Source: Octopus vulgaris
Lineage: Eukaryota
Direction: 5' to 3'
DNA length: 64,000 bases
NCBI GenBank assembly: GCA_951406725.2
Contig: OX597822.1
Location: 58,962,001-59,026,000, forward strand
Numbering within the stretch: position 1 is the stretch's first letter; the number at the start of each line of letters is the position of its first letter. The notes below the pieces were generated by a model, which did not search any database, had not been told where the DNA came from, and worked only from the letters and a program-made list of their open reading frames with translations. The position numbers and the translations under genes were made by a program. Below are positions 41,661-56,642 of this stretch, piece by piece.

Positions 41661-41886
41661 TCCTTGAAATTTTAATCCCCTTCCATTAGACCCCTTTTCA
41701 CATTTTGGTTAATATAACCCAATTTCATTCGGGTCTACTGGGGCTACATTTTATAATATGAGGAATTTTGTCCTAGAGGTGACGCCTTTCATTTGAGGAA
41801 AAAAATAGTTTTCATGCAAACTTGCCAGCACTTTTAACATAGGTGTGCATATTTTCAGCTCAATCGACCGACTACGTAATGCACAC

Positions 41887-41979
<93 letters not shown>

Positions 41980-42391
41980 GTATGTGTGTGTGTGTGTGTG
42001 CACGCATTATATATACAAATGAGATATATATCTGTATAAATTAAATTAGAGATAAAACCACTAATAGGCAAATCAAACAGTGAAAAACCAAAAACAAAAA
42101 CATTAAAAATATAATATATAAAATATATAAAATATAAAATTGAAAAATTTAAATTATTTAAATTGAAAATAAAAATTATTAAATTATATTTATAATTTGT
42201 TTAAAAATATATATAACTATGAAAAAGTATGAAAAAGTTTAATATACATAAATACAGGTATATACACTTTGTATATATACATTATATATACATATTTATA
42301 TATAGAACACACACACACATACATTATATATACATATTTATATATAGAACACACACACACACATACATTATATATACATATTTATATATAG

Positions 42392-42443
<52 letters not shown>

Positions 42444-45289
42444 AATGAACGCAAGAATATCTGATTCATAATATTTGTTCTCATGCTCGTGTGTTGTTTG
42501 TTGGTGACAGACAGATACTTAAAAGAACGCCGCCGAAGTGATGGGAAGCTAGGAAACAGAGTCAGTGAAAAAGAGAGGAAATAGCGAGAGTGACAGATAC
42601 TTTAAATAACGGTAGTGGAACTCTCAAAGTTATATATGAAGGGGAGTAATAGAGGGAAAGGAGGAAATAGCGTGAGTGAGGAAGATGGCCCCTAGTAACC
42701 ACACCTTTTAAGATAGGGATTTCTAAGGTAACCCACGAGCATCGTCACCTCATTCTACATGTCCCTGTAAATTTTGGAGCGAATCGGACAGGACGTAGTG
42801 GCATTGAAAGCGATCCAAGCGGTAAAAACGCATTTCAGTTTTATATATAGAAGAAGATATACTTCCTACTGTCTAAACAGTTCCACTCCTTCCAGCCCTG
42901 CCCTAGCACTGCACCTCTTTCCACAACGAACAAAAATAGACCAAATACAAACCTTCCAGCCCACATCTCCCAATGGCAGCAGAGTGGAGTCAGGCAGAAA
43001 GGAAAAACTAATCTAAAGTCAAACAAAGAAAAAGAAAAAAAAGAAAGAAAAAATAACAAATGAAAAAGAAACAAAACAAACTTTGAAAAGTGGTGATTGG
43101 GGGAAGTAGTGTAATCCCTTATCCTCCCAACCCTTCCCTTCACACTCACTTAATACCAAAAACTAAAGACAGAAAACAGTTCATGGCCATTTACTGCCTT
43201 CCCACCTTCCAGTAGTATATCAGGTTCCAGTGACCGTTGGTCTCTCATTACCTTCAGCAACCTTGTTTCGATGCTGATCCAGTTTCAAGATATAGAGGCG
43301 TTAATATGAGTCAACTAGGAAGATCGACTTTTGGAAAGCAGCAGCGAAATTTTCTCAAATCATAACCTACCGCCTTAAAAAATAATGAAGGGCACGACTA
43401 ACAATGGTCCTAACTGGAACACTTTTGATTATAGATTGCCTCAGTCAAGGTCCAGCTGGAGCTAAACAACAAAATCATTAATCTATTTTCAGCGAATGAA
43501 AATTAATTAACCTCTTAAATCTGTGAATCTATGGTTTGTAATTTACTGGTTTGCAATTCACTCCAAAGGCTCTGTGTGTATTTATTTTTTTAATGGTTTA
43601 GCCAGAGAAGGAACGGCAGTGCTTGTATCATCTTCAGGCCATCAGAAATGTGTGTGGGGTCTGGGGAAAGAGAAGCACGGCTCCTCATTTTCTCAAAACG
43701 GATTACCGAGTCGATTGACCAAATACGTGGTTAGAATTCTCACAGCGGAACGTACTATTCCACTAAATACATCCAAGTGCTCGGTAGAGGTGTTAAACTG
43801 AACGGCAGATTAGGTTTACTAACCAAGAATTACGTACAGTCCATCTAATGGGCTTCTATATACAGTTCTGTATGTTCAATTTCATTCCCAAGATTTTGGT
43901 CGACTCCAGTTTAAGGTAATAGAATCGTGCTCGAGGCACAGTGTGATGGGATCGTGCTCGGAAACGAGTTATTAAGATACTAACATCTTACCACACAGCC
44001 ATGCCCGCACGATGTATGAAACTGTATAGGCTTGTCTAACAAACCCTACGTGACTTGTTCTTTTAGAATTCAGTAAAGCAGACGATGTCGACTACGATAA
44101 CGACGACGACGGTAATAGCCACGACGACAGACATAATAAACAACGACATTGAGATACAAGGAAGCTTTATCAGTGAAGGCGTGACACTTCTTTAATGGAA
44201 ATAGGTTGGCAGTGGATTAGAAGAAGCAATTCTAGCCATTTTATAGGGTGGGTGTAATTCTATGACAAACATGTTTCCTGAAATTTTACGAGAATATCAT
44301 CGAAAACCTCACTGTGAACTCTTCACTTTTTACGCCCAAGTAGTAATTCTCGAGAAATAAATACCCTATTATAACAGGGAGTTCAGTAAATCGTTATCAA
44401 AGCAACAATGACTCACTGACAAGATTGCAGCTATCACCGCCGATATCCATGGCACTCAGATAATGAATGGACAAGCAATTTTCTTTTTGAACGTTATTTA
44501 GGTCGGCTGCTGTACTGTCGTTTAGTCTCAGTCAACCCTCTACTACCTGTAACACAACATACACACACGTATACAGTCATACACAGATAACCCCCCCCAA
44601 AAAAAACACGGATATACACAAACAGACACATGTAGCCACACAGACAGACGTACACATATATTTATACAGACACATACACACAGATTACTAAAAGGTAAAA
44701 TGCTTCATGTCAAGTAATCCTAATGCAGGTAGTACAGTCTTCGTCGACGAAAACTGAGACGAATAACTATTAGGACGTAAAGCAGTGTCCACAGTCTAAA
44801 TATGAATGGATATTAGACTATACCATCATCCAAGGTATAAAAGGCCACTACTATATTATATACCAACACTATCTTCAACGCTGTGGAGGCACATGGCCTT
44901 GTGGTTAGAGCAGCGGGTTCGAATCTCAGAGCAGGCGATGTGTGTGTTTATGAGCGAAACACCTAAGCTCCACGCGGCTCCAGCAGAAGGTAATGGCGAA
45001 CTTCTTTCTCTCACTCTTGCATCTTGCAGCTCACCTGCGACGGACCGGCGTCCCGTCCAGGTGGGGAACCTATACGCCAAGGAAACCGGGAAACTGGCCC
45101 TTATGAGCGAGGCGTGGCTCGAGAAGGAACAATATTCAACGCTATCTGGACATAGTGCCAGTATTTATATAAAACACTTTTGCTACATATATACTATACT
45201 CTCGCGCTTTCTCCAGACACTGTTACATACCAATACTACTCCAAAATATCAATTGCTAGTATATAATATACACCAGTACTAACTCTAAA

Positions 45290-45861
45290 TATTGGGTTGT
45301 CCGGAAAGTTCGTGCCGATTTTTAAAGGAAAGAAAAAGGTCAATAATACTTGCCATTACATTTTTAATCAACCAAATATGAACCATTTTCTTGCACAATG
45401 CGTTTCCATCTTACCTTTAACTTGAAAATACCCTCTTCCCAGAATTGAGGTGGTTTCATGGCAAAGAATTCATCAAGGTATCTTTTTACGTCATCCAAGA
45501 AATTGAAAATTTTACCATAAAGACTATTCTGCAGAGACCTGAATAAGTGGAAATCCGAAGGAGCAATATCTGGTGAATACGGAGGGTGGGGTAACATATC
45601 CCAGCCGAGCTGCAGCAATTTTTGTCTGGTTCCCAAAGTATCAAGTGTCGAAAATGAACTTTCTTATCTTCCATTTTAAAGGGTTACAGAATTAACACAG
45701 GTTATAGGAACATAAATCTTCTTCCACGAAAAGATAGCTTAAACGGTGCTCTAAATGGAGGTGTAGTAAAATCCTATTTTATGGACTCAACAACCATGTT
45801 CTAAAATAAGTCGAAAGGTAAGCTACTATAAATCGGCGTGCACTTTCCGGACAACTCAATA
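45290..45861 (-). mobile_element. Internally deleted non-autonomous mariner (copy 2)
   Basis: Same TIRs and same deletion junction as copy 1; HPPYSPDIAPSDFHLFRSLQN. Confidence 0.9.
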
Positions 45862-45875
45862 CAATTGACTACTAC

Positions 45876-45906
<31 letters not shown>

Positions 45907-47687
45907 ACATGCCAATCTACTAGCAGATATACTACTCCGTCGGTTACAACGACGAGTGTTCCAGTTGATCCAATCAACAGAACAGCTTACACGTGAAATT
46001 AACATGCAAGTCGTTGAATATTCCACAGACACGCTGTGATTGCTGGCCTTTCCAAATACAGGTAATACTCATTTTTTACCAGCTGAGTAAACTGTAACAA
46101 CGTTAAGTCAATGTACTATGTATTATGCACTGATAAAACACTATCTTTAGATATCAATGACCACTATACTATCTAATAACATTATCTTCAAATAGAAATG
46201 ACCCTTAAAACAGTGGCGGCTAGTGTATAGGCACTGCGGAACTGCAACACCCCCTTTTTCCGCACGATATTATCGATAAAATTCAATATAACGAGTCCTT
46301 TTTGCTGGATAAAGAGCCTGACCTCGGGCTAAATAATAGTTATTTGTACTATGACTTTCTGTAAATGTTCGGTGCTCTAGTATTTCTGTTGTGCTTCAAA
46401 ACCCTAAAGAGAACGAACCAAAGGGGTAGTTCTCTAAGTATTCATTGACCTGCTAGAAACAGTAACTAAATTTCCATCGAATCCCAATCAGCAATGAGAC
46501 AGGACATATCGAATAATGCTGCCAAGCTGTATTGCTTGAAGTAAAACGTGTTTATCCCGAATGGAGCGCCTTTGATCATAGGTCAGGTCGATTAAAATCG
46601 ACTTGGTGTTAACCAAAACAACAGCAAAAATGGTGCTATGAGCCAACAGGGGAACCGCTACATGGTCATTCAACTCGCTAGAAGTAGCAGCCATATCTCA
46701 TCAAGCCACACACACTTCCCTGTCTTATAAGGACACATTGAATAAATTGACTTCTGTATATGTATTGTGAGAAAAAACAAAAAAAAAACAAGCCAAAACA
46801 AAAGGATTGGTGATAGTTGATACGTCTTTGAGTATAGGTTTGTTAGATCAGAGACTGACTTGGGGCTAAATAATAATTATTTGTACTTTGACTTTCTGTA
46901 ATGACTCTTAATCGATCACCCAACCAACCTCCTAACTGTGACCATCACTCTTAGATTCTGATATGTTATATCCAGTTACAAATTTATGCAGGTTCTTTTT
47001 GAAGCCGGTAAGATGAAGTTTGAGGAAAATTCGGTTACAATTTCTAACAGATCGTGCAACCGCTTACAACTATGGAGCTGTTTGTGAATGTAATCGTCCA
47101 AAACCGATCGGATAACTGCATACATCACATATATATCTGCTGAATCAGGACTGACCTAGGGTCACCGAATAACAGCAACAGCATCAACAACAATAACAAC
47201 GACAACAACAACTATTTGTGGCATTCCATCGCCCTTCCTGTGTAGGATACTGTTTCAAAATGAAAAGAATGAGTATAACATAGGGTGGGATGCAAACATT
47301 TTTTTTTTTTACGGAAGAAGATATAGAAGGAGTATGAAGACTATTGCGTAGGAGGTTCCTGAAATAGCGTCATTGAGAGATAAATAGATGCGGGAAGCAG
47401 GGCTGAAGAATGATTGTTTGAGAAATAGTCTGTTTACGAAACTCGTGTGGAGTGTATATTTATCATTTCTGACGTTATTAGAAAATATAAAGACATACAT
47501 ACGAAAAGTACATGCGTACCATCGTACATTATGTATGTGTATATTAACACACACACACACACACACATTTATGTATATATACACACACACACATAAAAAT
47601 ACGTACTAGTGCATAGATCCAACATACATTATAACAATGTACACACATATATGTATATTAATTTACATGCATGCGTGTGTATGTGTA

Positions 47688-47722
<35 letters not shown>

Positions 47723-47904
47723 AAACACAAGATAATACGAGTTTAGCAATTAAATAATGTATAAAATGGTAAAGGGACATTTGAATCACCCTTTACGTCT
47801 GTGTGTGTGTGTGTGTTATATATATATATATATAATATACATATATACACACACATATTTATACCCCCACACACGCACATGTTTATATTATACTATATAT
47901 ATAT

Positions 47905-47968
<64 letters not shown>

Positions 47969-48231
47969 TCATTCAAAAACCATTCTGACCATCCCTTCTA
48001 TTCTTTACATTTATTTTTCGTATTTATTAACACGCATAAAATACCAACGTCATCTTGTTTACATATATCAACGAAATGCACATCTTATAACACTGAACCG
48101 CTTCATGTGGACCGAGGAGGTTTCTTCTGCAATATGGGATGTATTCAACTCCATTACATCACTTCCTACCAGTGGAGAAGTAAGATCGTAGTCCTAAACG
48201 AAACTTCCAATACACTCTGTCTTTATTAATC

Positions 48232-48482
48232 ATCTTTATATATATAAAACTGAGAATGTGTGTCTGTCTGTCTGTCTGTCTGTTTGTGTGTTTCCCTAAA
48301 ACTTGAGAACTACAGAACCAATTTCATTCAAATTTTATACATGCCTTACTTAGGGTCCGGGGAGTGTCATCGGCAAAAAAAAATTATGAACTTTTTGCCT
48401 AGGGCGAGCCCAGAGCAATATCATATCTTCTCCACTACGATTCCCTAAAACTTGAGAACTACACAACCAATTCCATTCAAAA
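48232..48482 (+). mobile_element. Helitron-like 5' fragment
   Basis: A|TCTTTATATATATAAAA..(GTCT)n..AACCAATTTCATTCAAATTTT; internal ~40-bp duplication. Confidence 0.55.
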
Positions 48483-49055
48483 GGTGAAAAGGAACACACG
48501 AGTTGATATATTATGGAAAAAAAGTCAAAATAGAAAATGCTAAAATAATTTTATAAAAAACATTTCAGTACCGGTTTCAACTGTAACAATTAAATAATTA
48601 AATTTAGAAAAATTAAAAGAAAAGTTTTTTTTAAAGAATATTTGTATAGTGTTCAAATACAAGTGGCATTTTCCTTGTTTCTGCCTGTCTCTGTCTCTCT
48701 TGTTTACTCTTGTGGGTTCGAGGTCCTTGTGAATTCTTGGTAAGGAAAAAGAAGAAGAAAAAGAAGGAGGAGGAGAAGGGGAAGAAGAAGAATTTGGGAT
48801 GCCATGATAGTAGTATTTTGAATGGTCAGTAGATGGTAGCAGTCCCTGTTCAATTCATGAAAATATTTCTTTAGATTGTTTTGTTTATATATATATTCTA
48901 AACTAGCATTAAAGACCCGTCGTTGCCGGGTCATAGTGCTAGTGCATGTATATATGTGTAAATATTACATGTACATCTATATATATACATCTACACATAA
49001 AACACAAAGTTATATCTTGATATCGCTAGTGATAACAATACTCAAAATATATAAC

Positions 49056-49125
<70 letters not shown>

Positions 49126-49455
49126 AAGGGTACAAAGTTGTGCCAGCATTACTAGAAATAGGAGTCAAAAAACGTCTTCCAAATCCACTCACAAGGCTTT
49201 GGTCGGCCCGAGGCTATAGTAGAAGACACTTGCCCAATGTGCCACGCAGTAGGACTGAGCCCGGAACCATGTGGTTGGTAAGCAAGCTACTTACCGCACA
49301 GCCACTCCTGCCCCTATAATACATTTCATATATTATATTATTTCCTTTATACTATAACACTCCTACCGAATTTGAATTTAGCATATGCTGTTCTACGGTT
49401 TCCTCATGAGCATGGCGAAGTGAGATCTACCCCTTTTCACCCCAGGCCGGTAAGA

Positions 49456-49507
49456 TCCGCTGATGAGAACTATGATAAATTCAGAGTTCGAAATCACGTG
49501 ATATGGA
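49456..49507 (+). ncRNA. Type I hammerhead ribozyme motif
   Basis: UCCG-CUGAUGA-GAACUaUGA(uaaau)UCAgAGUUC-GAAA-UCACGUGA-UA-UGGA. Canonical core, long stem II, palindromic stem III, AUA triplet with the predicted cut after 49503. Confidence 0.8.
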
Positions 49508-49827
49508 CATATCTGTTGCCTCATTCATGACTTTGTCTCAGAAGGGTAAGGTGTTTCTTTCTTCTCGCTCCCCGTCTTTCGTTCGACACATGACGTTCGT
49601 GGCTCTTTGAATTGTTTTTGACTACTATTTCTAGCAATGCTCGTACCATTGCTCTGACGAATTTTCGTCTCTTTCTGATATTTACTATATTTTTAAATCA
49701 GCAAATTCATAACAAATGTTATCTCAAGACAAATATGGCAGTAACTGGTTTAGCCACGTCCGCTCCCATGAGAAGCAATGCGCAGGAAGCGGAGGAGGAT
49801 GTATGTCCTGGATAATTTCTGTCATTA

Positions 49828-50151
<324 letters not shown>

Positions 50152-51125
50152 GAGTGAGCGAGCAGAGCATGCCATCAAAGTGACACTGGGGTAAAATATA
50201 CGAAGCCCAGTATACCCATCATGACTACCCGTCTGATAAGGGTACACCAGGCACATGCATCACAACCATATGTGCGCGACATGGTGATCTCATATCAAGA
50301 TAAACAGCACATGACCTTGCAGGTGGGGGCCCAGTTAGAATTTTCTTCAGATCGAGTAACCCATCCCGCTCAAAAGGTCCCTGAATAAGGGTTGTTTAAG
50401 GACGTTGAACGAAACACCCATGTTTCCAGAGGTGAATTATTCAAACCCCAAAGAATCCTTCTCAACACATGGCTATGATGCTCCCCCACTACTTCTGCTC
50501 GTGATCAGAGATGCACATATCGTCAGCCACTAAGGGACATGCTCAACTGGTTAAGGTCAAACAACTGACAAGCAAATCTGTGGTATTGAGCAGAATATTT
50601 GCTGTAGCCCATCTTTTATACCTATTATTATTATTATTATTATTATTATTATCATCATCATCATCATTATTATTATTATTATTATCGAGTGAGTGAGCAG
50701 TGCATGCCATCAAAGTGACACTAGGGTCAAATATACGAAGCCCAGTATACCCATCATGACTACACGTATGATAAGAGTACACTAGGCATATGCATCACAA
50801 CCATATGTGCGCGACATGGTGATCACATATCAAGATAAATAACGCATGACCTTGCAGGTGGGGCTCCGAATAAGGGTTGTTTAAGGATGTTAAACGAAAC
50901 ACCCGTATTTCCAGAGGTGAATTATTCAAACCCCAAAGAATCCCTCACAACACATGGCTATGATGCTCCCCCACTACTTCTGCTCGTGATCAGAGATGCG
51001 CATATCGTCAGCCACTAAGGGACATGCTCAACTGGTTGAGGTCAAACAACTGACAAGCAAATTTGTGGTATCGAGCAGAATATTTGCTGTAACCCATCTT
51101 TTATACCAAGACAAAACAATGTACA

Positions 51126-51127
<2 letters not shown>
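50152..51127. mobile_element. Two tandem copies of a ~450-bp non-coding interspersed repeat inserted in (TTA)n
   Basis: 50152-50622 and 50687-51127 are highly similar; each is bounded by (TTA)n; copy 2 lacks ~50 bp internally. Confidence 0.75.
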
Positions 51128-51186
<59 letters not shown>

Positions 51187-51562
51187 GCCTCTACATTGAT
51201 AAAACATTTCACTTTGCACCATAAGTCTTAAGAATAATCACTTGCCTTATAGTTGCAGAACCAGAACTTCAAAGGTGAAGTCGAATAGGTGAATTAGTTT
51301 CTTTGACCCATTTGGATTTTTAAAATAAGAAGAAAGGGGTGTTTGAAGCAAGGAGACCAAGAATAATAAAAAAAAAGCATTAAGTGGCCTATTTTATTGT
51401 TATACATGCACTGTTTATTCGTTCTTTTATTATTGTTCTTGTTTGGACATCTTTCATCACTCCTCTGTCACCTCTTCAGCGAACCTTTCCATCCACGAGT
51501 ATCCTCCTGCTCCGCCCACTTCATTCAGTCCTTCTTAAATTTATGCGTTATGTATGTTACGT

Positions 51563-51870
51563 GGAGGTACAATCGTCCAGTGGTTAGGGCAGCGGGATCG
51601 CGGTCGAAGGATCGCGGTTTCGATTCCCAGACCGGGCGTCCTGGGTGTTTATTGAACGAAAACACCTAAAGCTCCACGAGGCTCCGGTAGGAGGTGGTGG
51701 CGATCCCTGCTGTACTCTTTCGCCACAACTTTCTCTCACTCTTTCTTCTGTTGGCCTGCTCGCTTAGCCAGCGGGGTGGCGTTATTTGAAGGCTAAACCA
51801 ATGCGAAGCGCATTGTGACCAGCGACGTGTAGCAACATCTGATAGCCTGGTTGGTCACGGTGACTGTGAT
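51563..51870 (+). mobile_element. tRNA-derived SINE (family C-related)
   Basis: CCAGTGGTTAGGGCAGCGG...GGTTTCGATTCCC head; homologue at 52874-53090. Confidence 0.75.
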
Positions 51871-52180
51871 GCATGTAGCTTAACTCACGGGCCGTAGGAT
51901 TAATAGCATTACGCTTAGTACATACATTGAACTTCAAAGACAACAGCAGATAACAGACACTGCAGCTGTCTGCAATAAAAAATGTAGCCAATGAAGGAGT
52001 TCTACGCAGAATGACATGCATTAAATTAGGATTTATTTACATAATTAATTAGAAACCATATATTTATTTTTATTTATTTAATATTTTATATATTTATAGC
52101 CTTAGTACTGCGAAACGCAGCCTGATTTGATTAACTGGACGTCACAACCCTGATACATGCATATATTATGTATGTATGTA

Positions 52181-52211
<31 letters not shown>

Positions 52212-52376
52212 ATGTATGTATGTATGTATGTATGTATTTATGTATATATGTATGTAAGTATGTATTATGTATGTATGTATGTATTTATGTATGTATGTAT
52301 GTATGTATGTATGTATGTATGTATGTATGTATGTATTATGTATGTATGTATCTATGTATGTATTATGTGTACATTG

Positions 52377-52410
<34 letters not shown>

Positions 52411-53314
52411 GCACATATGTGTGTGTAAAATCAGTTAAAATGAATGCAAGTGTGCGCTTATGCGCGTGTGTGCTTGTGTGTGAAACGATGTTTTTTATAT
52501 TTATATTTATATTTTTACATGAATATCAAACGGAAGCGTTAAATGACTCCCTTGAGATTTATTCAGATGAGCAGTTATCTCCCTAATTTTATTAATACGC
52601 TCTTCCAAAATGAACTTGTGTAATTTTTGTGTGCATATGTGTATATACTTCCTCTCTCTTTCTCACACACGCACACACATATATGCACAGATATGTATGC
52701 ATACACACACACACACGTAATATAAGTTTGAGCTTGGTAATATTCTTATGTAGCATTTATTACGAACCTTTGGCTCTTACACTTTAAATCTGGTATTTGA
52801 GAAAGTTCAACTGGTGAAGAACGCCGGGTTCTTATCACTAGTATAATTAGTGTGTAAGTATTTATTACTCGTTGAGGCGCAATAGCCCAGTGGTTAGGGC
52901 AGCGTACTCGCGGTTAGAGGATCGCGGTTTCGATTCCCAAACCGGGCGTTATGTGTGTTTATTGAGCGAAAACACCTGAAAGCTCCACGAGGCTCCGACA
53001 GGGGGTGGTGGTGACCCCTGTTGTACTCTTTCGTTACAACTTTCTCTCACTCTCTCTTCCTGTTTCTTGAGTAACGCTGGGATGGACGGGGCGTCAAACA
53101 ATATTACATATAGATTATTATGTGTGATAAATTATGTAAGAGCTGTATAAATTTATTCAGGACCGAACAGTGTGACATAGATTTATATGGAATTTAGACA
53201 TACATACATCCAACCAACCAACCAACCAATTTACACACACGGATCTTTTTAAATTGTTCCACACAACAGTATTTTCTTGAATTTTCTACACTGGTAATGA
53301 AAAGCACAATTATA

Positions 53315-53519
53315 TAATGGTTTCAAATTTAGGCACTTCGTGGGAACGGGTGAGTCGACCACGTCGACCCCAATGTTCAACTGGTTTTTATTTTATCGAC
53401 CCCGAAAGGATTAAAAACAAAGGACCTCGGCGGAATTTGAACTCAGAACGTAAAGACGGACAAAATGGCGTTATGCATTTTGCCCGGCGCGCTGACGATT
53501 CTGCCAGTGCGCCGCCTTA
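53315..53519 (-). mobile_element. SINE family B
   Basis: Reverse complement of the family B consensus. Confidence 0.75.
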
Positions 53520-53564
53520 ACTCTAGAAATGAAAAATAAAATCTATTTTAAATATACATCTATA

Positions 53565-53726
53565 GGCGTAGGAGTGGCTGTGTGGTAAGTAGCTTGCTTA
53601 CCAACCACATGGTTCCGGATTCAGTGCCACTTCGTGGCACTTTGGGCAAGTGTCTTCTACTATAGCCTCGGGCCGACCAAAGCCTTGTTAGTGGATTTGG
53701 TAGACGGAAACTGAAAGAAGCCCGTC

Positions 53727-53812
<86 letters not shown>

Positions 53813-54038
53813 ATATGTTTGTGTGTCTGTGTTTGTTCCACCAACATCGCTTGACAACCGATGTTGGTGTGTTTACGTCTCCGTAACTTAGTGGTTCGGC
53901 AAAAGAGACCGATAGAATAAGTACTAGGCTTACAAAGAATAAGTCCTAGGGTCGATTTGCTCGACTAAAAGGCAGTGTTCCAGCATGGCCGCAGTCAGAT
54001 GACTGAAACAAGTAAAAGAGTAAAAGAGAGTAAAGAGT
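53565..54038 (+). mobile_element. SINE family A, full length
   Basis: Complete head, (TA)n middle, body and GTAAAAGA tail. Confidence 0.9.
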
Positions 54039-54099
54039 ATCCACATATATCTACTCCATAGGTTACATATGTTGTCTTTTGTTGTCTTACTATTACCAT

Positions 54100-54167
<68 letters not shown>

Positions 54168-54185
54168 TGTGTGTGTACGTGCGTG

Positions 54186-54218
<33 letters not shown>

Positions 54219-54241
54219 TTTAAAGTTTCAGCTCAGAGCTG

Positions 54242-54275
<34 letters not shown>

Positions 54276-55175
54276 ACATGCATACACACACACATGTATA
54301 TATCTATAAAACACCCGTACAAATACAACGATCTTCTGTGCACTTTCCATTAGAATTTTAATTCACAAAACATTGACCAGCTTCACGCTACGGTAGAAGG
54401 CATTTGATCGATGTGCCGCACTGTGGGAGCTAACCTAATTCGACATTCCTATGGACTATTTCACGCCTATATTCTTTAATATTCTGACTGATCTGCAACC
54501 ATGCTGGGGTACTATCTTTTGGAGTTTTAGTCGATCAAATCTACCCCCGGCAGGTACTTATTTTATGTATTCTGTACGTGACGCCTTGACTTAAAGAATA
54601 TAACTCGGCATACACGTTTACACTGTTAAGCATAAACGCAAATATGGACTCATAACCATACGCACATATATAAACATACACATGTACACACACACACACA
54701 CACACACACATTGTTCCTAAACAATATCAGAGATATTAAATGGCAAGTTGTCGACAATCTTAACAACAGCTCTTGATTGGATCACATTTTCTTCGTATTT
54801 TCTGATAGCGACTATTAAAACCGAAAGCTGTAATAAAATGTCAGGCCACTTCAGAAACAAACAAATAGAGTTTTATACAGTTCAGTTTCGAATGGCATCT
54901 TTCCAAATCGGTTGTAGAATCATAATGTTTTTCTGACAAGTTGATATTTTCATTCTTGGTTTCAAGATTTGTCCGTGCTCTGTCAAGCTAGTATAGTATG
55001 TCAATTTAGCCTTCTGTAAAAGTTGAATTTTATGGACTGTTAGCCTCAACTTTAAATGTGAAAACATGTCAATATATCTACACTACGTTTCGATGGTCAA
55101 CGGATGCCTTATTCGTGTATATTTAGGTAGTCCCAAACTGGAATCACATTGGGAACTTTTATTCTTAAATTAAAG

Positions 55176-55494
55176 GTTGTTGTTGGCATCCTTTTGTCTT
55201 GGGAGACAATGGAGTTGCGCATAAACTAATCCAGTTTGGTTTTTACATTTCATGTCCTCTCCAGTTTTGCGCAGGCCTGGGCTAAATGTAAGAAACTCCT
55301 GGGGTAGCCCAATCGTCAGGATTCCTCTCTCGACCTTGCTGACGTAGTCCAAAGGAGTGTAGAGCATTACGTTTGGTACCAGCTTGATTGCAGGAGTTGC
55401 CGGAAGAGTGTCGAGGCGAACACCAAACCGCCTACGGGGCTCCACTCCAGATTTCTTTGAAGGTTGTCTCCTTTCCGTAACCCTGGATAGGAGC

Positions 55495-55497
<3 letters not shown>
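55176..55497 (-). mobile_element. Short non-autonomous RTE derivative (putative 5'UTR fused to 3'UTR)
   Basis: 55177-55258 matches the 3' end of the RTE at 38291-38372, including the (CAA)n tail; the rest is non-coding and resembles RTE 5' leaders (CCGGCAACTCCTGC..AAGCTGGTACCAAACGT). Confidence 0.7.
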
Positions 55498-55585
<88 letters not shown>

Positions 55586-55796
55586 AAATGTGTATGCTTG
55601 TATGTATTTGTGTTTGTCCTCCACCACCGCTTGACAATCGATGGTGGTTTGTTTGTGACTAGCAGTTCGTCAAAAGAGCTCGACAAAATAAGTATCAGGT
55701 TTTAAAAATGGTACCAGGTTCGATTTATTTGACTAAACTCTTCAGGACGATGCCACAACATGGCTGCAGCCCAATGACTTAAACAACTACAAGATA

Positions 55797-55910
<114 letters not shown>

Positions 55911-56642
55911 TTGTATGCTGCACTCACATCTAATTAATATATTATCATTGTCGATTTTAGCAGGAGCGAAATAACAGCACTTCTGTTGCAATCGACTGTA
56001 ATTTTACATTTGTAACCACATGACCTTTGCCTTTTAGATATTCAGCTTGAGCTTGCTGTTTAGATTTGGCGTTAATCTTGACATATCAAGCTAACCAGTG
56101 TATGTATGTATGTATGTATGTATGTATGTATGTATGTATGTATGTATGTATGTATGTATGTATGTATGTATGTATGTATGCATGTATGCATGTATTCTGT
56201 CTGTATATACATATGTGTATATCGTTGTCAAAAATGATAAGAACTATTAATTAAAGAGAACGACAAATCCGTTCTGAACGACAGGTGAAACTAGTTATTC
56301 GCAAATGTGATAATGCTTACCGTTCACCGAAAACAAATGGTTGCTGTTATGTCAACGGAAAACTTGAAAGAAGTACCACCTTTTGAAAGAAGTACGTTTG
56401 ACTGGAAATCGCTGCACTGGAATATGTTTTTGTCGATTCAGTTTTGTTTAAAGTCTTTCGTTTCAAAGAACTCTAAATATAGAAATGAAACTTTATATTT
56501 CGTTATCTACTTAACTTGTTATTACTTGATTTAAATAATTATATTTTGCTTTTAAAACATTGAAATCCCTAAAACTATTTGGGAAAAATTGTTACGATGG
56601 CGTGCTTGCCCCAAAACGCAGTTTTAGAACTATCATACTGTA

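Noticed and set aside
51563-51635. tRNA-like sequences at SINE heads
   Set aside because: They continue into SINE bodies and lack a complete cloverleaf, so they are not tRNA genes.
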